From: the human T2T-CHM13v2.0 reference genome, Homo sapiens
NCBI RefSeq assembly: GCF_009914755.1
Contig: NC_060928.1
Length of the DNA: 64,000 nt
Strand: one strand, 5' to 3'
Of the stretch, positions 59,475-64,000 are shown piece after piece. The translations under genes were made by a program, and so were the position numbers. How positions within the stretch are numbered: the first letter of the stretch is position 1; each line of letters begins with the position of its first letter. The notes under the pieces were generated by a model. The model had not been told where the DNA came from. It did no database searches and saw only the letters and a program-made list of their open reading frames with translations.

Positions 59475-60060
59475 TGTAGCCCAGAAGAAGCCCTGTCAAT
59501 GGATCACAGAGAGGGCCAAGAATAAATGTGGGATATTTCTTCCCCTGATTCCTTTGCTGTGGCATCACCTCAGACTGGCACTGTCCTCCATCCTAACATC
59601 ATAATTCCTTTCAAGGTGGGATAAACTACACATCTCTTTCCTCCTGGGTTCTGGTAACCATTTTCTCACCTTTCCCCTTGAGCCTAGGGGTGATAATAGC
59701 ATTCCCCTTTGTGATTCCTATAAACATTTTCCAAACATCTGTAATATTTCTATATAAAACCCTTCTCAAATTATCATAATGTGAATATGCCCTCTATTTC
59801 CTCCTGGGACCCTTTCTGATTCGTGGCTCTTTTGTTGGGATTTTTCTAAAACCTTTGAGGGCTGTATTTCCGATATTTCAAGAATGACCAATTCTGAGTA
59901 TATACTCATCAAATGATAGGGTGGTATACCTAGCAAGTATGCTAATAAGCAGAATAATTAAATAGAATTTGATAAACTAAAAAATTGCTTAATATAATTT
60001 ATAAAGGTACAAAACAGGAGTATATATTCTCTATTCAATGACAATTGTTAAAAAAAATAG

Positions 60061-60385
<325 letters not shown>

Positions 60386-60510
60386 GAGATCTTATATTTT
60401 ATGGATAAAAGTATCTACTTCCAAAAAGGATGTGGAAAAAAATAAAATAAAAACATTCATTTATCTCACATAGATATTGACTCTATTTGTCTTATATAGA
60501 TATATTCTAA

Positions 60511-60809
<299 letters not shown>

Positions 60810-61074
60810 TAGACAAAGGGTCTCACTCTGTCATCCACAATGGTGTGCAGTGGCATGGCCTTGGCTCACTTCAAGTGATTCTCCCACCTTAACCTCCCAA
60901 GGTATTGGGACTACAGGCACATGCCACCATGCCCAGCTACTTTTTTAATTTTTCGTAAAGACAGGGTCTCAGTATGTTTCCCAGCTCGTCTCGAACTCCT
61001 GGGCTCAAGCAATCCTACAACTTCAGCCTCCCAAAGTGTTGGGATTATAGGCATGAGCCACCACTCCCAGCATA
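60810..61074 (-). mobile_element. AluJ
   Basis: ctcctgggctcaagcaatcct left arm. TSD core gtcttatat near 60489 and 61075. Confidence 0.9.
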
Positions 61075-63264
61075 GTCTTATATTATTGATTTCTAAGGTG
61101 TATCTATATTGAGAAGGATTGTTAACTAGTTCCAAGAAGGAAATTATACATAAATATCTTTTTCAGTTGTAATCTTTGGCATTTTTAAAATAAGAAAACT
61201 TACTCTGTTTCCCTCTGTGGAAGAAGAGAAGTTGATCCAATTGTGTAGCCTAATCCCTCACGTAAGCTGTTTAGGGACAGTTTCTGAACTCACTTTTGGC
61301 CCAAGGGAAATGGCATGTCTCTTTTATCACAAACTCTAATCATAATTTTATTTTTTTATGAAACAGAAAATTCAATTGTTTACACTTCTCTAAAGAAAAC
61401 CAGACATTTCAGTAAAATATTTGCCTTTGAGGTTGTTTTTCTTGGCTAAAAGAGTTGTCCATGAAACAGATGGAAAAATCTATGCTAAAATGAAAAGTAA
61501 TTGGAGTATAAGTTGACCTTAACCTAATGTGATAAGAACATTTCTTTTCTAAAAAGTAATACGATTATCTTTCTTAGGGATCAGTAAATAGTAACCGCAC
61601 TATTGAAAAATATATTTGAATGAGATTCTAGGAAGCACAGTAGAAACAAAAGCACTTACAAAATCAGTTTTCTAAGCTAAATTCCATTTGTCTCACTGAA
61701 GCCAGACAATCTCCTCCATGTTTTGAAATAGTTGGCAGGTGTCCCTAGGACCATGACATTATGAGTATGTGAGGGTAAACTTATGCTTAGATACTGGTTA
61801 AAATAGAATGGGGAGTGGAGAGATTACTTTCTAAGCTGGAGTCTTCACTAATATATATGTGGATTCACATGAAGAAACTTAGATTTTTAAGGACAATCAC
61901 TTGTAAAACCACAAGAGGGTTACCCCAAACCTTGGTCACTTATAACTAGCCACATAAGCCTGCTTTTGAATATCAGACTCTGTCAAACAGTAAATTAGGC
62001 TTCATGCTTATGAGCCTCTGCTTCTGCTCAAAGGAAAACATTAATCTAGATTAGTAAGCAACTAGATTGTTGAATAAGCTGTCTCAAGAATATTTCTACG
62101 CTACATTTACAATCCATTTTTTCTAAAAACGGGTACAATGAATTACCTGAAATACTCTCTGAGAATTGTTTATGCAAATATCTCTTGGTCAATCATTCAG
62201 CAATGACCCAGATTTTTAGATCACTCTTCCTCAGTAAAATGTCTTGAGAATTACAGAGAAAAAAAAAAAGACATTGTTACAGAGAAGGAAATCTTGTGGC
62301 AAGAAGCATTTGGGGCTGAAAGGTAAGTAATAAACCAAAATATACGTGGGTTAGTATCCTGACACTAAAAGATTATGATGGGAAGCCAAGATAGGCATTA
62401 TAGCATCAGAACTTTCTAGGTTTTTCTCATGATAATGAAATTATGTGATTTTTACAACCGATTTCATAAATATTAGACCTAATGTTGATAATTAAATTAT
62501 GTGGTTTAACACATATTTCTATAAATATGAGACCTCAATTTTCTAGGACCTCAGAAGAATAGAAAAGCTTGAATGCAATAAAATGGAGGAGACAATTTTT
62601 TATCTTTAATATGAGCTTACTTTATATCTGCAATAATGCATTCAGTAAAAGATATATGAAACTCCCAGGAATAATCATATCAATAGAGATTTATTCTAAG
62701 GAGTAAGTTATTCTCAGTTATACATTGAGATAGAATTGTTTCTAATAACTCTGGGGAAAAAATGTATTTAAAGGAGTTGTGTCATCTGCTTAAAGAAGTT
62801 TGGTGACTTTTCCAAAAACTAAGAGATAACTAGAAAGTGGTAAACTGGTGGTAACATTGTTTGGAAAACAAAATGCAACTTTCTTTTAAGGTAAAAATTA
62901 TGTCTGAATTTTTTTCAAGATTATACAAAAAGTCACTAAAAACTGACTCATTTTCTCAAAATTATATTTCCTAAAAGTCTTCAATAAGAAAGATATTTTA
63001 TTGTTGGATCATGTTACACAATTATCTCTCATAGCAAATGTAAGCAGAGTTAGATTTGGTCTCATTACAAACATTTGGTACAAACATAGGTACAACTGAC
63101 TAGCTGACTGAGTATTCTTATTTATGACTTTTAGAGAGTTAGATGGTGTTCATTCAAGATTAATTACTCAAAATTTGTTCTTTAAATATCTCAAATCTGA
63201 TCACATCCCAACCCTGCTTACATCCATTTCATGACATCCCATTGTTGTTGGGTTAAAGACTCTT

Positions 63265-63790
63265 TAGGTTGGGAAGGACATAAACCCAACAAAAAGTAGA
63301 TTGCCCCCAAAAAAAGGGGAAGTGGAAGACGGATTGACTAGCATAGTGAAAACTTGCATAAATAGGTCATCTTCATGTTTAGCTAGAAAAATGAGCTCAA
63401 ATGATATCACCAGGATTCCATCTCACTCTGCATTTTCCAGCTCTCATTTGGTCTATTTTAGCTCTGTTGTCAGGTGGGTTCTTCATTCATGATAGATGCT
63501 AGAAACTCTAAGCTTACATTTTATGTTTGCAACATCCCAACAAAGAACTGAGTCTCATTTTCTCTGATTTAACTGATTTAGCTATGATCCTGTGATTCAG
63601 ATATCCACAATAAATCAATCACTAACATCACAGGGATACAATGTTCTGACTATCCAGGGCTGTGTCAATGTTGGCCTTGAGGCTAGACGTGAAGTCAAAT
63701 TCACCTAGTCACATGTAATAAACGTAGGGAGAGGAATAGTTTCTCTGGGAAAATCAGACATGAACCTAGGAGAAATGGATTCTGAATAGG
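63265..63790 (-). mobile_element. Old MLT1 (K/L-like) LTR
   Basis: gctcaaatgatatcaccagg and aatcaatcact...gggatacaatgttctgact motifs. Highly diverged. Confidence 0.5.
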
Positions 63791-64000
63791 CCAAAATCAC
63801 ATATTTATTCCAGTTTACCTCTTGGCTGCACAAGCTCATGTATCTATATCTTTACCTAAAAATTCAAAAAAACCCAAGCCTACATTAAACAGTAATATCA
63901 TATGTAATCAAAAAAAATGTATCAGCATCACTTCAGTTTTATTCAGTTGCTGCATCCAGCCTGAGTCCAGATTCTACTGTTATTGTGCCTTTCTCATGGT

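Larger units (their letters stand above)
58910..59820 (+). mobile_element. LTR33-like ERVL LTR interrupted by MER33
   Basis: gggttctggtaacc...gcctaggggtgataatagc...ctatttcctcctgggaccct motifs. Confidence 0.6.

Noticed and set aside
62140-62330. ATTGT-TT-ATGCAAAT (SOX-OCT-like) and consensus splice donors on both strands
   Set aside because: The spacing is one base longer than the canonical OCT4-SOX2 composite, and the candidate minus-strand exon has stops in all three frames.

Overview
This is primate nuclear DNA, very likely human: it carries an SVA with SVA_E-like SINE-R features and a nearly unmutated AluY. It is AT-rich, dense in repeats, and reads as intergenic or deep-intronic. I cannot support any intact protein-coding gene. 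The longer ORFs are decayed L1 ORF2, Tigger transposase, ERV-L gag, Alu or SVA frames, or pseudogene frames. Main contents: a near full-length processed pseudogene of nucleoporin NUP43 (minus strand, 35028-39055, 16-bp TSD) inside a five-layer nest (L1MB > MLT2 LTR > full-length Tigger1 > NUP43 retrocopy > L1PA/Alu); a retroposed H/ACA snoRNA (SNORA31/31B-like) carrying about 190 nt of downstream flank and an A-tail; a young SVA with a 3' transduction and an apparent A>G excess; an L1PA with a 51-bp 3' transduction; a full-length Tigger3; two ERV-L remnants; and many Alu, MIR, L2, MaLR and MER elements. I found no evidence of a new multi-gene system. The best leads are retrotransposition fossils that record RNA processing. 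Family and subfamily names come from recalled consensus sequences, not a database search, and boundaries of old elements are approximate.
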